A stretch of 64,000 bases of DNA from Acidobacteriota bacterium (GTDB lineage Bacteria > Acidobacteriota > Terriglobia > Bryobacterales > Bryobacteraceae): positions 204,994 through 268,993 of the forward strand of contig JBBIJF010000002.1 of assembly GCA_037446115.1 (NCBI GenBank), in the 5' to 3' direction. Under the pieces are notes generated by a model. That model did not search any database, was not told the origin of the DNA, and worked only from the letters and a program-made list of their open reading frames with translations. This document shows, piece by piece, positions 18,378-28,745 of this stretch. A program made the position numbers and the translations under genes. Numbering within the stretch: position 1 is the first letter of the stretch; every line of letters begins with the position of its first letter.

Positions 18378-19337
18378 ATGATTCAGACTTTATTCGGCAC
18401 GGTGCCGCAGCAGCCCGGGCTGCTTGAGCGCCTCAAGGCAGGAGTCCAGAAGACCCGGGCCGGGCTCGTGGCCCGGCTGGAAGAGGCCATCGCGGGCAAG
18501 AAGGAGATTGACGCCGGGCTGCTGGAGGAGCTCGAGTACGCGCTGATCGCCGCGGACGTCGGAGTCCGGACCACCTCCGAGATTCTGGAACGGATTCGCC
18601 AGCGGGCGGAGCGGCGAACGCTCAACGACGCGCAGGAGCTGCGCCAGCTGATCCGCGAGCATCTTTTGGAAGTGCTCCGGCTGGCCGAGCGCCCGGCGCC
18701 GCGGGTGAGCGAGCCTCCCGCGGTCGTGCTGGTGGTGGGCGTCAACGGATCGGGGAAAACCACGACCATCGGCAAGCTGGCCCACCTGTACAAATCCGAA
18801 GGGCGCAGCGTGCTGCTGGCTGCGGCGGACACTTTCCGGGCTGCGGCCATCGAGCAGCTGGAGATCTGGGGCCAGCGCACGGGCAGCCCCGTGATCCGGC
18901 AGAAACCGGGAGCGGATCCGAGTGCAGTGCTGTTCGATGCCTTGCAGGCGGCCCGCGCCCGCGGAACGGATTACGTGATCGTGGACACAGCCGGACGGCT
19001 GCACACCAAGTCGAACCTGATGGCCGAGCTCGAGAAGATGCGGCGAACGGCCTCACGCGTGGTGCCGGGAGCGCCCCACGAAGTGTTGCTGGTGCTGGAC
19101 GCGACGACCGGGCAGAATGGTCTGGAGCAGGCGCGTCGGTTTACGGAGTCGAGCGGCGTCACCGGGCTGGTGCTGACCAAGCTGGACGGCACAGCGAAGG
19201 GAGGCATCATCGTCGCCATCGCGCGGGAGCTCAACCTGCCCATCCGCTATGTGGGCGTGGGAGAGCACCCGGAAGATCTGCTGCCCTTCGAGCCGGAACA
19301 ATTCATTACGTCCTTGTTTGAGTCCGACTCCGCGTGA
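18378..19337 (+). CDS. ftsY: signal recognition particle receptor FtsY (NG domain)
   Basis: [15 protein letters not shown] (G1), DTAGRLH (G3), [10 protein letters not shown] (G4). Confidence 0.9.
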   Translation: MIQTLFGTVPQQPGLLERLKAGVQKTRAGLVARLEEAIAGKKEIDAGLLEELEYALIAADVGVRTTSEILERIRQRAERRTLNDAQELRQLIREHLLEVLRLAERPAPRVSEPPAVVLVVGVNGSGKTTTIGKLAHLYKSEGRSVLLAAADTFRAAAIEQLEIWGQRTGSPVIRQKPGADPSAVLFDALQAARARGTDYVIVDTAGRLHTKSNLMAELEKMRRTASRVVPGAPHEVLLVLDATTGQNGLEQARRFTESSGVTGLVLTKLDGTAKGGIIVAIARELNLPIRYVGVGEHPEDLLPFEPEQFITSLFESDSA

Positions 19338-20437
19338 AGGGCGACTACATGGAAGAGGCCCTGGATCTCGCGCGCCAGGGTGTGGGGCGGACGAGTCCCA
19401 ATCCGGCCGTCGGGGCGATTCTGGTGCGAAACGGGCAGGTGGTGGGCCGCGGTACGCACACGTGGGCGGGGGTGAAGCATGCCGAGGTCCTGGCGCTCGA
19501 GCAAGCCGGGGAGCAGGCGCGCGGGGCGACGCTGTACGTGACGCTGGAACCTTGCGCGCACCAGGGACGCACGCCGCCCTGCACGGAGGCCCTGATCGCG
19601 GCGGGCGTGCGGCGCGTGGTGGCGGCGATGGAGGATCCCAACCCGCTGGTGTCGGGGGCGGGCCTGCGGCGGCTGCGCGCGGCGGGTGTGGAAGTGGAGA
19701 TCGCCGGCGAGTACACCGAGGCGGCGCGGGAGATCAACGAAGAGTTCGCGCATTTCATGCGAACGGGCCGCCCGCTGGTGACGCTGAAGGCGGCGGTGAC
19801 GCTGGACGGCAAGATTGCGGCCCCGGCCGACAATGCGGGCTGGATCACTTCCGAGCACGCCCGTGCGCACGTACAGCAGCTGCGCCACCGCTCCGATGCG
19901 ATCCTCACGGGCATCGGGACGGTGCTGGCGGACGACTGCCTGCTGACGGACCGTACCGGCCTGGAGCGGAGCCGCCCGCTGCTGCGCATCGTCGTAGATT
20001 CCCAACTGCGGCTGCCGCTCCATTCGCGAATGGTCGCAAGCTGCCGCGATGACGTGCTGGTGGTGACCACTTCGGCGGCTCCGGCGGAGCGGCGCCGGGC
20101 GCTGGAGGAGCGAGGTGTGCGGGTGCTGACGCTGGACGGCCCCGGCGGCCGAACCGATCTGCGGCGCCTGGTGGAGCATCTGGCCAAAGAAAAATACCTC
20201 TCGCTCCTGATCGAAGCGGGGAGCAAGGTGAACTGGGCCGCCCTCGAGGCGGGCATCGTGGACCGGATCTTTTTCTACTATGCGCCCAAGATCCTGGGCG
20301 GCCTCGCGTCGCTCCCGGTGGTGGGCGGCGTGGGGAGGTCACGCCGCGCCGATGCCATCCGGTTCGAGCGCGTGCGCCTGCACCGGATCCCTCCGGATGA
20401 GTTCGCGGTGGAGGCCTGGCGCGTTCGGGAGGAGTAG
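19334..20437 (+). CDS. ribD: bifunctional diaminohydroxyphosphoribosylaminopyrimidine deaminase / 5-amino-6-(5-phosphoribosylamino)uracil reductase RibD
   Basis: CMP/dCMP deaminase zinc motif (HAEVLAL...[11 protein letters not shown]) followed by RibD C-terminal reductase domain; 4-nt overlap with ftsY. Confidence 0.9.
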   Translation: MKGDYMEEALDLARQGVGRTSPNPAVGAILVRNGQVVGRGTHTWAGVKHAEVLALEQAGEQARGATLYVTLEPCAHQGRTPPCTEALIAAGVRRVVAAMEDPNPLVSGAGLRRLRAAGVEVEIAGEYTEAAREINEEFAHFMRTGRPLVTLKAAVTLDGKIAAPADNAGWITSEHARAHVQQLRHRSDAILTGIGTVLADDCLLTDRTGLERSRPLLRIVVDSQLRLPLHSRMVASCRDDVLVVTTSAAPAERRRALEERGVRVLTLDGPGGRTDLRRLVEHLAKEKYLSLLIEAGSKVNWAALEAGIVDRIFFYYAPKILGGLASLPVVGGVGRSRRADAIRFERVRLHRIPPDEFAVEAWRVREE

Positions 20438-20439
20438 CG

Positions 20440-21090
20440 GTGTTCACGGGGCTGATCGAAGAAACCGGAACCGTGGAATCGCTCGAGAGGCTTCCGGCGG
20501 GAGCACGCCTGCGGGTGCGTTGCCGTACGGTGCTTGCGGATCTCCGCGAAGGCTCGAGCATCGCCGTCAACGGCGTCTGCCTGACGGCGCGGCAGGTGGA
20601 GCATGACGGTTTTGTCGCGGATCTGGCGCCCGAGACCCTGGAGCGCTCGAATCTGGGCGACTTGCGGCCCGGGGCTGTGGTGAACCTGGAGCGGCCGCTT
20701 TCACCCTCGGGGCGCTTGGGCGGCCACCTCGTGCAGGGCCACGTGGACGGCACGGGCGAGTTTCTCTCGCTCGAACCCCTCGGCAGCGGTCACTGGTGGC
20801 TGCGGGTCCGCGTACCTGCCGAGCTGGACCGCTATCTGGTCTACAAAGGCTCGGTGGCCATTGACGGGATCAGTCTGACGGTGGCGGCCCTGGAGGCGGG
20901 GGTACTGTCGGTGGCGATCGTTCCGCACACCTACGCGAACACGAACCTGCGCGTGCGCCGGCTCGGCGAGCGGGTCAACCTCGAGTGCGACATCGTGGCG
21001 AAATATCTGGAGAAGCTGCTGGCTTCCCGGGAGGGGCTTCCGGAGGCCTCGCGGCTGACGATCGAGAAGTTGCGGCAGATGGGTTACTGA
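20440..21090 (+). CDS. riboflavin synthase alpha subunit
   Basis: MFTGLIEETGTVESL...GSSIAVNGVCLT and second lumazine-binding repeat GSVAIDGISLT. Confidence 0.9.
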   Translation: MFTGLIEETGTVESLERLPAGARLRVRCRTVLADLREGSSIAVNGVCLTARQVEHDGFVADLAPETLERSNLGDLRPGAVVNLERPLSPSGRLGGHLVQGHVDGTGEFLSLEPLGSGHWWLRVRVPAELDRYLVYKGSVAIDGISLTVAALEAGVLSVAIVPHTYANTNLRVRRLGERVNLECDIVAKYLEKLLASREGLPEASRLTIEKLRQMGY

Positions 21091-21110
21091 GGCCGGCGCC
21101 GGCCGGTGCA

Positions 21111-22430
21111 CTATCGAGCCACGGTATTGCCGATTTCGCGGTCGTCGGGTCCGAGCAGGCGGATGGAATCGCCGGCAGTAAACAAGGGGCTGTTCCGCCC
21201 CAGGAACAGCAACTGGGCGCCCGGCCTGCCTTGACCGGTCCGAATGCTCAACTCAAGGCCCGCGGCCGGCATCGGCATTTGCAGCGAAACCCTCGCCTTT
21301 TCAGTTCCGGAGACCAGCGTCACGTAGTCAAGGAAGCTGGAAATGCCGGCGGCCGCGTAAGGGCCGTCGGGGATCAAGCGCAGAGAGATCACTTCACTGC
21401 CGCTATCGCCCGCTCCTGTAATCTCGAAGCGCTCGGCACGCACAGAAAGCGCGCCGTAGTAACTCAACAGACGGGCTGCTGCCGGTTCGTCACCGAACGT
21501 CACGTCCTCCGGCGGGCTCTTCAGGATCCGCGAAGCTAAGTCCTCTTTGAGAGCGGCCTCGGCGAACGCAACACGCTCCCGGAAGTTGTCGCGGGAGAGG
21601 GCCTCCACGGTTTCGTACTGAGTTTTCAGCAGGGCGTGGGCATAGGCGTACAGGGAACGGGGCGACAGGGCGGTGTCCGGGGCGGGCAAGGACGCCGCAG
21701 GGGAGACGAGCAATGCGATCGCCTGTCCGGCCAGATTCCGCGCCTCGGCGGGAAAGCCCAGCATGCGTTTCACTTTCGCCAGTCCCGCCAGCGCGCTCGT
21801 GTAGCCGTCCCGGGCGTTGTTTTTTTCAAGATCGGAAGCCGCGGCGCCGGCCTCGACAACGGGCGTCTGCGCGGCAACCCACGCGTGCTGATAGAAATCC
21901 GCGGCGAGCCGATAAAGCGCTCCTTGGCGTACGGCCTGCAAGAGAACGGAACGGCCGTCGCTTCCGCTCCGCAAGGACTCGGCGCAGAGGAGGAAGGCAT
22001 CGCCGGCCATGGTATGCAGCCGGGGTCGAAGCCAGGCGGGCACAGGGTGCTGGTCGGTCAAGGCTTCAAGCAGGCGCAGGTCGCGGAAGAGTTCGGCGGC
22101 GTAGGCCGTATTCCAGGCCCCGCCGGGGCGCTGCACGGAGAGGCGGAGCAAATCCAGATGACCGCTTGCGCGCAGGGCGAGCATCCCGGCGTCGGCGGGA
22201 TTTTTTTCCAGGTGACGGTTGAGATTGGCGATGGCCGCCCGGAGGCTCTCCTCCGTGGTCTCGTTCAACAACGCCTTGTAGTAAGCCTGCACCCCGAGCT
22301 GGTAGGCGCCGGGCCTGACTTTCGGGCAACCGGCCGTAACCAGCACCACGGCGGCAAGGCAAACTGCCGGGAACCAGCGGCGGGAAATGGTCACCAGTAG
22401 AGGTTTGGTCAAGCTAGGCGCGCCTTCCAT
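21111..22430 (-). CDS. hypothetical lipoprotein (lipobox LVTAGC), helical/TPR-like
   Basis: N-terminal hydrophobic segment ending in LVTAGC; no recognisable catalytic motifs. Confidence 0.5.
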   Translation of the reverse strand: MEGAPSLTKPLLVTISRRWFPAVCLAAVVLVTAGCPKVRPGAYQLGVQAYYKALLNETTEESLRAAIANLNRHLEKNPADAGMLALRASGHLDLLRLSVQRPGGAWNTAYAAELFRDLRLLEALTDQHPVPAWLRPRLHTMAGDAFLLCAESLRSGSDGRSVLLQAVRQGALYRLAADFYQHAWVAAQTPVVEAGAAASDLEKNNARDGYTSALAGLAKVKRMLGFPAEARNLAGQAIALLVSPAASLPAPDTALSPRSLYAYAHALLKTQYETVEALSRDNFRERVAFAEAALKEDLASRILKSPPEDVTFGDEPAAARLLSYYGALSVRAERFEITGAGDSGSEVISLRLIPDGPYAAAGISSFLDYVTLVSGTEKARVSLQMPMPAAGLELSIRTGQGRPGAQLLFLGRNSPLFTAGDSIRLLGPDDREIGNTVAR

Positions 22431-23272
22431 TTGGTGAGATCCTCGATCTGTTTCTGGAGAGCGGCGCGCTGATCAGCCGGTGCGTTCCCCAGTTCGTCCT
22501 GTAAGCCCTTGATGCGGGCGTCAATGGACTGTTTCTTGAGCTCCTTGACTAGTCCCAGGATCCTGGCGGCGCCTCCTTCATCGCCGAGAAAGGCGCCGCG
22601 AACCAGACTCCGCACCGAGTCGTCCAGCTCGGCCTGAGTCTCGATCTGGGCGCGGGAGATCGCCTGGATCTCCAGTGCCAGCTTGTCCTTCCAGAAGTCG
22701 GCGGCGAGATCAAAATAGGCGCCCACCGTGAGTTCGGAGTCGGGATACAGCCGCAGAAACTCTTCGATGAGGCCGCGGAAGGTGCGGCGGGTGGGATCGA
22801 GGCCGATCAGGAACATATCCCGGAGGCCGGCATGATCGGAGCGGACCAGTTCGGGGTCGCTCGTGAGGGCGGGAGCCAGCACGCGCGCCAGCTCGAGCCG
22901 GGCGCGTGTGGCTTTGGAAACGAGACCGCCGGTGCGGTCATATTCGGCGATCTCCTCGGCCAGTTCGGCCAGTACGGGGAAGGCAGCGAGGTTCGCCTTG
23001 TTGTCGTAAAAGTTGCGAAACTCCGTCTCGGCCAGGTCAATGGCGATGGGCGTGCGGACGAGGCTGCGCGCGCGAATGCGCTGATCGAGGGCGGCATTGA
23101 GCTCGGCCTGCCTGCGGCGGATTTCCAGGCCGAGCCGGACGCCTTTGAAAACGCCCTCGGCGAGAAAGCCGAGCACGGCCGTGGGACCGGCACCGAGGTT
23201 GAACAAACCTCCCAGCCGGGAGGCAGCGCCGCGAAGAGTGCCTTCCAGTTGCGCGAGCGCGTCGTTCCCCAC
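22409..23272 (-). CDS. hypothetical protein (287 aa), co-transcribed between BON-domain protein and lipoprotein genes
   Basis: Long ORF with coding-like composition; overlaps downstream gene start by 22 nt; no family recognised. Confidence 0.5.
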   Translation of the reverse strand: MGNDALAQLEGTLRGAASRLGGLFNLGAGPTAVLGFLAEGVFKGVRLGLEIRRRQAELNAALDQRIRARSLVRTPIAIDLAETEFRNFYDNKANLAAFPVLAELAEEIAEYDRTGGLVSKATRARLELARVLAPALTSDPELVRSDHAGLRDMFLIGLDPTRRTFRGLIEEFLRLYPDSELTVGAYFDLAADFWKDKLALEIQAISRAQIETQAELDDSVRSLVRGAFLGDEGGAARILGLVKELKKQSIDARIKGLQDELGNAPADQRAALQKQIEDLTKWKARLA

Positions 23273-23333
23273 AGGCAGCCCCTCCCGGCGGCTGCCTCGA
23301 TTGTAACAGCTTCGGCGCCCGGAAGCCGGTCAC

Positions 23334-23624
23334 CTACAGGGGTTCGACGACGAGTTCGTTGACGACGCGCCGGACGCCTTTGACTTTGCGGGCAATGCGC
23401 TCGGCCTTGCTCTTTTGCTTTTCGGTGCGCACCTTGCCGCGCAGCGTGACGGTGCCCTCGTGAACGTCCACTTCGAGGGCGCCGCCTTTGACGTCACGGT
23501 CCGCGGCCAGCTTGCGGCGGACCTCGTCATGGATCCAGTCGTCGGAGACCTGTTTCTGGGCAACCGCGGCGGCCGCGAACGCCAGCAGAAGGAATACACC
23601 GGCGGCGAGTGAAATCCAGCGCAT
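23334..23624 (-). CDS. BON-domain periplasmic protein
   Basis: Signal peptide MRWISLAAGVFLLLAFAAAAVA then BON-like GGALEVDVHEGTVTLRGKV...VKGVRRVVNELVV. Confidence 0.6.
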   Translation of the reverse strand: MRWISLAAGVFLLLAFAAAAVAQKQVSDDWIHDEVRRKLAADRDVKGGALEVDVHEGTVTLRGKVRTEKQKSKAERIARKVKGVRRVVNELVVEPL

Positions 23625-23626
23625 GA

Positions 23627-24553
23627 TCAGCTCACCTCGAAACCGGCCATCGAACGCCAGTCTAGCGCATTGAGGAAGGCGGGATTCTGGCGCCATTTCG
23701 GGCGCACTTTGACGTACAACTCCAGGAAGATCTTGCGGCCGAACAGCAGCTCCATCTCCTCGCGTGCCAGGGTGCCGATCTTTTTGAGGCGCGAACCCTG
23801 GGCGCCGATGATGATCCCTTTCTGGCCTTCCCGCTCGACATAGATGGTTGCGGCGATGCGGGTGAGCTTCGGGGTTTCCTCCCAGCGGTCCACGATGACG
23901 GCCACGGCATGCGGGACTTCCTGGCGGGTTTCGTGGAGGATCTTTTCCCGGATGAGCTCGGCGGCCAGGAAGCGCTCGGGCTGGTCGGTGAGGTAGTCGG
24001 GCGGAAAGTAGGGAGGCCCCTCGGGCAGGCGCTTGACAATCTCCTGGCGCAGCACATCCAGACCCTCGCCCGTGAGGGCCGAGATCGGGATGTAATCGGC
24101 GAACTCGTGCAGCTGGCGGTACTGTTCGATGAGCGGCAGCAGTCGGGACTTGTCTTTGATGCGATCAATCTTGTTCAACGCCAGCAGAACCGGCGTGCGG
24201 GCCGCCTTGACCACGTCCACGGCGCCGCGGTCTTCGTCCTCGAACGGAAGTGTGGCGTCCACAAGGTAAATGAGCAGGTCGCGGCCGTCGAGGGCGGCTT
24301 TCACCGTTTCGAGCATCCGCTTGTTGAACAGCGTGTCGGGCTTATGAATGCCGGGAGTGTCTACGAAGACGATCTGCGCGCCGGGAAGGTTCAGGACGCC
24401 CTGGATCGCCGTGCGCGTGGTTTGCGGTTTGTCGGCTACGATGGCCAGCTTGGTTCCGACCAGCGCGTTCAACAGCGTGGATTTTCCAGCGTTGGGCCGT
24501 CCGAGAATGGAGACGAACCCCGAGACGAAGCGGCTATCCGGCGCCGGAGTCAT
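23627..24553 (-). CDS. era: GTPase Era
   Basis: GRPNAGKSTLLNAL (G1), DTPG (G3), NKID (G4), C-terminal KH domain. Confidence 0.9.
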   Translation of the reverse strand: MTPAPDSRFVSGFVSILGRPNAGKSTLLNALVGTKLAIVADKPQTTRTAIQGVLNLPGAQIVFVDTPGIHKPDTLFNKRMLETVKAALDGRDLLIYLVDATLPFEDEDRGAVDVVKAARTPVLLALNKIDRIKDKSRLLPLIEQYRQLHEFADYIPISALTGEGLDVLRQEIVKRLPEGPPYFPPDYLTDQPERFLAAELIREKILHETRQEVPHAVAVIVDRWEETPKLTRIAATIYVEREGQKGIIIGAQGSRLKKIGTLAREEMELLFGRKIFLELYVKVRPKWRQNPAFLNALDWRSMAGFEVS

Positions 24554-25808
24554 GGTTTTCTCCCGCAACACGCATGACGCGCAACTGTTCCACCCGCCGT
24601 TCGTCGGCGGACAGTACCTCCATGCGGATGCCGTCCCGCTCGACGACTTCCCCGGGCTGGGGCACGTGTCCGGCCCACTCGGCCACCAGCCCGCCCACGG
24701 TCGTGGACTCGGTGCTTTCATGGGGGCGGAACCCGAACAGCTCGCGCAGGCGGTCCACGTCGCAGCTTCCGGAAACGACCCAGGCCCCGCCCGGCTCGGG
24801 CGTGGCGTCCAGCTCCGGCTCGTGCTCGTCCCGGATCTCGCCCAGGATCTCCTCGACCAGATCCTCCATGGTGGCCAATCCGGCGGTGCTCCCGTATTCG
24901 TCCACGACGATGGCCATGTGGGCCCGGTCCTCCTGCATCTCGCGCATCAGTTCTCGTACAGGCTTGGTTTCCGGCACCAGGCGCACCGGCCGCACCAGCT
25001 CCCGGACCGTCCGCTTGCGCCGCTCCTCCTCGTCGAGTTCGAACATGTCGCGCACGTGGACGAAACCGATGATCTGGTCAATGGTGCCTTCGTAGACAGG
25101 GATCCGGGAGTACTGCTCGTTGATGACAAGCTGGCGCAGGTCCTCGAGCGTGCGCGAGGCCTCGATGGCGACGATGTTCGGCCGCGGCGTCATGACTTCG
25201 CGGACCGTTTTGTCACCGAATTCCACGGCGGCCTGGATGAGCTCCCGGTCCTCTTCACCGATGATTCCCTCTTCGGCTCCGGCGGAGATGAGAGCCTCGA
25301 TATGCTCGGCGTGGTTCGAGTTGGCAGGCGACGGCTCTTCGGTGTCTGCAAGCTCCACGACCGCCTGGAAAAACTCCATGACGGCGATCACGGGGCGTAC
25401 CAGCCAGCCCATCAGCCGCAGAGCCGGCACCAGTGGGAGCAGCCAGCGGCCGTCGGTTTTTCGGTACAGCGTCTGAGGGACAACGTAGGCGCTTGCCAGC
25501 ATGAGCGCCCACGCCACCAGGGCCGCCTCCGCCAGCGCCTGCCACAGGGCCGAAGATCCGGCAAGCGTCACCCCGAAGATCACGACTCCCAGCAGCACCA
25601 GCACCGTGTGCTTGAGCAGCGAGAAGACGAGCGCGCCGCGGGCCCCTTTCCAGCCGATGCGCGCTTCCAGCGTCTTCTTGAAAAATTCCAGGGCGGGAAG
25701 CTCGCGGCTGCGGAGCCGGAGCGATTCCAGGTAAAGCACCTGCACGAAGGTCACGGGGGCCAGCACGAGGGCCAGCAAGACGGCCAGAGCGATCAGCAGA
25801 GGCGTCAT
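24534..25808 (-). CDS. hemolysin-family / CNNM (CorC-HlyC) transporter-associated protein: DUF21 membrane domain + CBS pair + CorC_HlyC domain
   Basis: 424 aa from ATG 25806-25808; four N-terminal TM helices, CBS pair, C-terminal transporter-associated domain. Confidence 0.8.
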   Translation of the reverse strand: MTPLLIALAVLLALVLAPVTFVQVLYLESLRLRSRELPALEFFKKTLEARIGWKGARGALVFSLLKHTVLVLLGVVIFGVTLAGSSALWQALAEAALVAWALMLASAYVVPQTLYRKTDGRWLLPLVPALRLMGWLVRPVIAVMEFFQAVVELADTEEPSPANSNHAEHIEALISAGAEEGIIGEEDRELIQAAVEFGDKTVREVMTPRPNIVAIEASRTLEDLRQLVINEQYSRIPVYEGTIDQIIGFVHVRDMFELDEEERRKRTVRELVRPVRLVPETKPVRELMREMQEDRAHMAIVVDEYGSTAGLATMEDLVEEILGEIRDEHEPELDATPEPGGAWVVSGSCDVDRLRELFGFRPHESTESTTVGGLVAEWAGHVPQPGEVVERDGIRMEVLSADERRVEQLRVMRVAGENHDSGAG

Positions 25809-26248
25809 GCGCGGCTCCGCTCCGTGAGCGCCTGGGGCAGGCCGAGCCGCTTGCGCCAGGCGCGCTCGGCACGGGACATTCGCCCGCGGTCGCGTTCGTG
25901 ATCCATGCCCAGCAGGTGCAGCACGCCGTGCAGCATCAGGATCTGGATTTCCTTGGCCAGAGAATGGCCGAAGCGCCGGGCCTGCTCGGCGGCCCGGTCC
26001 ACGGAGATGGCGATGTCGCCCAGCCATCCCGTGCGGCCCGGCTGAGGGAAGGAGAGCACGTCAGTGGGCTCGTCCCGCCCAAGGAAACGGTGGTTGAGGT
26101 TGCGCAATTCTCGGTCGGTGGCCAGCAGGCAGGTAAAGCGCTGCCCGCCCGCGACGGTTTCTTGCAGGCGGCGGGCGAAGGCCCGCAGGGCTTGACGCGG
26201 CAGGCGGCGGCGGCCGCGGAACAGGAGCGGATCTTCGGAAGCCGGCAT
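25805..26248 (-). CDS. ybeY: rRNA maturation endoribonuclease YbeY
   Basis: HGVLHLLGMDHE zinc-binding motif; ATGA overlap with downstream gene. Confidence 0.85.
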   Translation of the reverse strand: MPASEDPLLFRGRRRLPRQALRAFARRLQETVAGGQRFTCLLATDRELRNLNHRFLGRDEPTDVLSFPQPGRTGWLGDIAISVDRAAEQARRFGHSLAKEIQILMLHGVLHLLGMDHERDRGRMSRAERAWRKRLGLPQALTERSRA

Positions 26249-26258
26249 GGGCGTTGGC

Positions 26259-27320
26259 TCAGGCCCGGGGCGTTCCGGCAGCCCACGGACCCGCCTCTTC
26301 CTCGCGCGCGGCGCCCTCCCGCAGCGCGGTGGGTTCTCCCAGCTTCAGGCTGAGCTGGCGGCCGGCCTCCTGCGCCTCCTGGTAGCGCTCGTAAGCTTTG
26401 ACGATGCGCTGCACCAGCGTGTGTCGCACCACGTCGCGCTCGTCGAAGTAGATGAAGCGGATGCCTTCGACGCCGCGCAGCACCTCGATGGCTTCCAGCA
26501 GGCCGCTGCGCTTGCCGGCCGGCAAGTCAATCTGCGTCACATCGCCGGTAACCACCATCTTGGAGTTGAAGCCCTGGCGCGTGAGCACCATTTTCATCTG
26601 TTCCGTGGTGGCGTTCTGGGCCTCGTCCATGATGATGAAACTGTCGTTGAGGGTCCGGCCGCGCATAAAGGCGATGGGGGCCACCTCGATCACGGAGCGC
26701 TCGAGCAGTTTCTCGACCTTCTCGGCCTCCAGCATGTCATAGAGAGCGTCGTAGAGGGGCCGCAGATAGGGGTCCACCTTTTCCTGGAGCGTGCCGGGCA
26801 GGAAGCCGAGCCGCTCGCCGGCTTCCAGGGCGGGCCGCGTCAGCACGATGCGGCTGACGCGTTTGGAAGTGAGCGCCGAGACCGCCATGGCCACGGCCAG
26901 ATAGGTCTTACCCGTGCCCGCGGGGCCGATACCGAAGACGAGATCGCATCGCTCGATCGCCTCGACGTAACGGCGCTGGTTGACCGATTTCGGCGCGACG
27001 GCCTTCTTACCGAAGTTACGCTGGCGGCCGCTCAAAACCAGGTCACGCAGCGTGACCTCGGGATCTTCCGTGACCACGCGCAGGTAGCTGTTCAGGTCGC
27101 CGTTGGTGAATTGATGCCCTTCCTGCACGAGCGCGACGTAGTCGTTAAGAATCCGGCCTGCGCGGGCCACGCCGTCTTCGTCCCCTTCGATTTCCAGGCT
27201 GTCCTCGCGGAGCTGGGCGCTGACGTTGAGGCCCTTTTCGAGCAGGCGGATATTCTCATCGCGGGTGCCGAACAGCGGTTCAATCCCGCGGCTGATCTGG
27301 ACACTGATTCTGGTTCTCAA
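26259..27320 (-). CDS. PhoH-like ATPase (PhoH/YbeZ family)
   Basis: Walker A GPAGTGKTYLAVAMAV, N-terminal KH-like region; TTG start with GGAGG RBS. Confidence 0.85.
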   Translation of the reverse strand: MRTRISVQISRGIEPLFGTRDENIRLLEKGLNVSAQLREDSLEIEGDEDGVARAGRILNDYVALVQEGHQFTNGDLNSYLRVVTEDPEVTLRDLVLSGRQRNFGKKAVAPKSVNQRRYVEAIERCDLVFGIGPAGTGKTYLAVAMAVSALTSKRVSRIVLTRPALEAGERLGFLPGTLQEKVDPYLRPLYDALYDMLEAEKVEKLLERSVIEVAPIAFMRGRTLNDSFIIMDEAQNATTEQMKMVLTRQGFNSKMVVTGDVTQIDLPAGKRSGLLEAIEVLRGVEGIRFIYFDERDVVRHTLVQRIVKAYERYQEAQEAGRQLSLKLGEPTALREGAAREEEAGPWAAGTPRA

Positions 27321-27714
27321 ACGAGTGTCGTCACCTCCATCACAGGGAAGGCCCGTTCAGATCGGAGACAGGAAGGAAACCGGCAAGCAAACGCCCGGCT
27401 GCGAGCCGGGCCCAGAAGCTGTGCCGCGTCCGCATGCGCGGAGGTTGGACCATCCACTCCCATTATATCCGGAAGCGGACGCGCAGGAGCCGGGGAAGGA
27501 AGCCGTATCCCCGAGGGTCCGCCCGCGGGATGCCGGCGCTTAAGCTGCGGCGATCGTGCTCCGGCCCAGGAAGCTGCGTGCGGCCACTCGGCGGGCCACC
27601 GCCACAATGCCACGCAGGCCGTTACAATGGAACGATTCCCGGAAACCGTATCGTGCTTCCACCAAATGAGCTCGCCGTGCGGAGTCGAAAATTTCAGCAT
27701 AATTCGGAAGTGCC

Positions 27715-28647
27715 ATGTTGAACCACATATGCAGGGAAGCAGTCCATCGCTTCCAGGTAGGGAAAGTCTTGGCCCTCGCTGCCGCCCTTGTGATTGGCAC
27801 GAGCGCTGTTGTTGCCCACCCCGGCTCCGGCATCGTGGTGGACTCGCAAGGACACGTGTACTTCGCGGACACGGGCCAAGGCGTCTGGAAACTGGACCCG
27901 CAGGGCAAACTGACTCTTCTCCACACGGCCGCCTACCACTGGATGGCGCTGGACGAAAAAGGGCATTTTGTTAAATCCGGCGCTCTCGGCAATTTCGACC
28001 GCGGTTCCTTCGAACGCGTAACCCCGGCCGGCGCCGTGCCGGGCTTGATCATCTCGAGCGACTACCCCATCGTCATAGGTAGCGACGGAGGGCTTTACTA
28101 CGTGCCGTACAACCCCGAGGGCCCGCGCGAGCTGATCCGCAGATTGCCCAACGGACAGCGTTCCGTTTTCGCGGTCTTGCCGGCAGATGCCGGCCCCGAG
28201 CCGATCAAGTGGGTGAACGGAATCGCTACCGGCCCGGACGGTGCGCTCTACGTCACCGATAACGACGCGGTACGGCGGATCGGCCGAAACGGCGCCGTCT
28301 CTACCTTCCGAGAGGCCGTCCAACTCGCCGAATGCGCCGATCCACTGCCGGACACCCCAAAGCTGCCGTATCTTCGGGGTCTCGCAGTGGCGCGCGACGG
28401 AACCGTCTACGCAGCCGCCAACGGTTGCCGCGCCGTAGTTGCCATTCCTGCCAAAGGGCCGATCCGGATTCTTTTGAAAGCGGAGCGCCCCTGGTCACCG
28501 ACCGGAGTGGCGCTTTTCGGAAGAGACATTTACGTGCTCGAATACGTCCACACACCGGGAGACAATCGCAAGGAATGGATACCGCGCATCCGCCGAATCG
28601 CTGCCGACGGCACAATCACAACCCTGGCCACGGTACAACGCCGGTAG
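27715..28647 (+). CDS. secreted beta-propeller protein (NHL/SMP-30-like repeats)
   Basis: Signal peptide then repeated blades (GHVYFADTGQGVWKLDPQGK, GGLYYVPYNPEG, GALYVTDNDAVRRIGRNG, GTVYAAANGC). Confidence 0.5.
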   Translation: MLNHICREAVHRFQVGKVLALAAALVIGTSAVVAHPGSGIVVDSQGHVYFADTGQGVWKLDPQGKLTLLHTAAYHWMALDEKGHFVKSGALGNFDRGSFERVTPAGAVPGLIISSDYPIVIGSDGGLYYVPYNPEGPRELIRRLPNGQRSVFAVLPADAGPEPIKWVNGIATGPDGALYVTDNDAVRRIGRNGAVSTFREAVQLAECADPLPDTPKLPYLRGLAVARDGTVYAAANGCRAVVAIPAKGPIRILLKAERPWSPTGVALFGRDIYVLEYVHTPGDNRKEWIPRIRRIAADGTITTLATVQRR

Positions 28648-28745
28648 CATGGGGCGGCCTTGACGGTTGAGAAGCCTCCACGCAGGGCTGGCCGGGAAGA
28701 TTCCAAACACGGCGGATCGCCTGAGTTACAACTACAACTACTTCT

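Noticed and set aside
19247-20256. Three long alternative ORFs (310, 267, 303 aa)
   Set aside because: All overlap ribD, whose zinc-deaminase and reductase motifs are unambiguous.
21093-21106. GGCCGGCGCCGGCC palindrome between convergent riboflavin-synthase and lipoprotein genes
   Set aside because: Only a 2-nt loop and no U-tract. Too weak to call a terminator.
24348-25901. 517-aa plus-strand ORF
   Set aside because: Antisense to the CorC/HlyC-family gene and the era/ybeY boundaries. No domain signatures.
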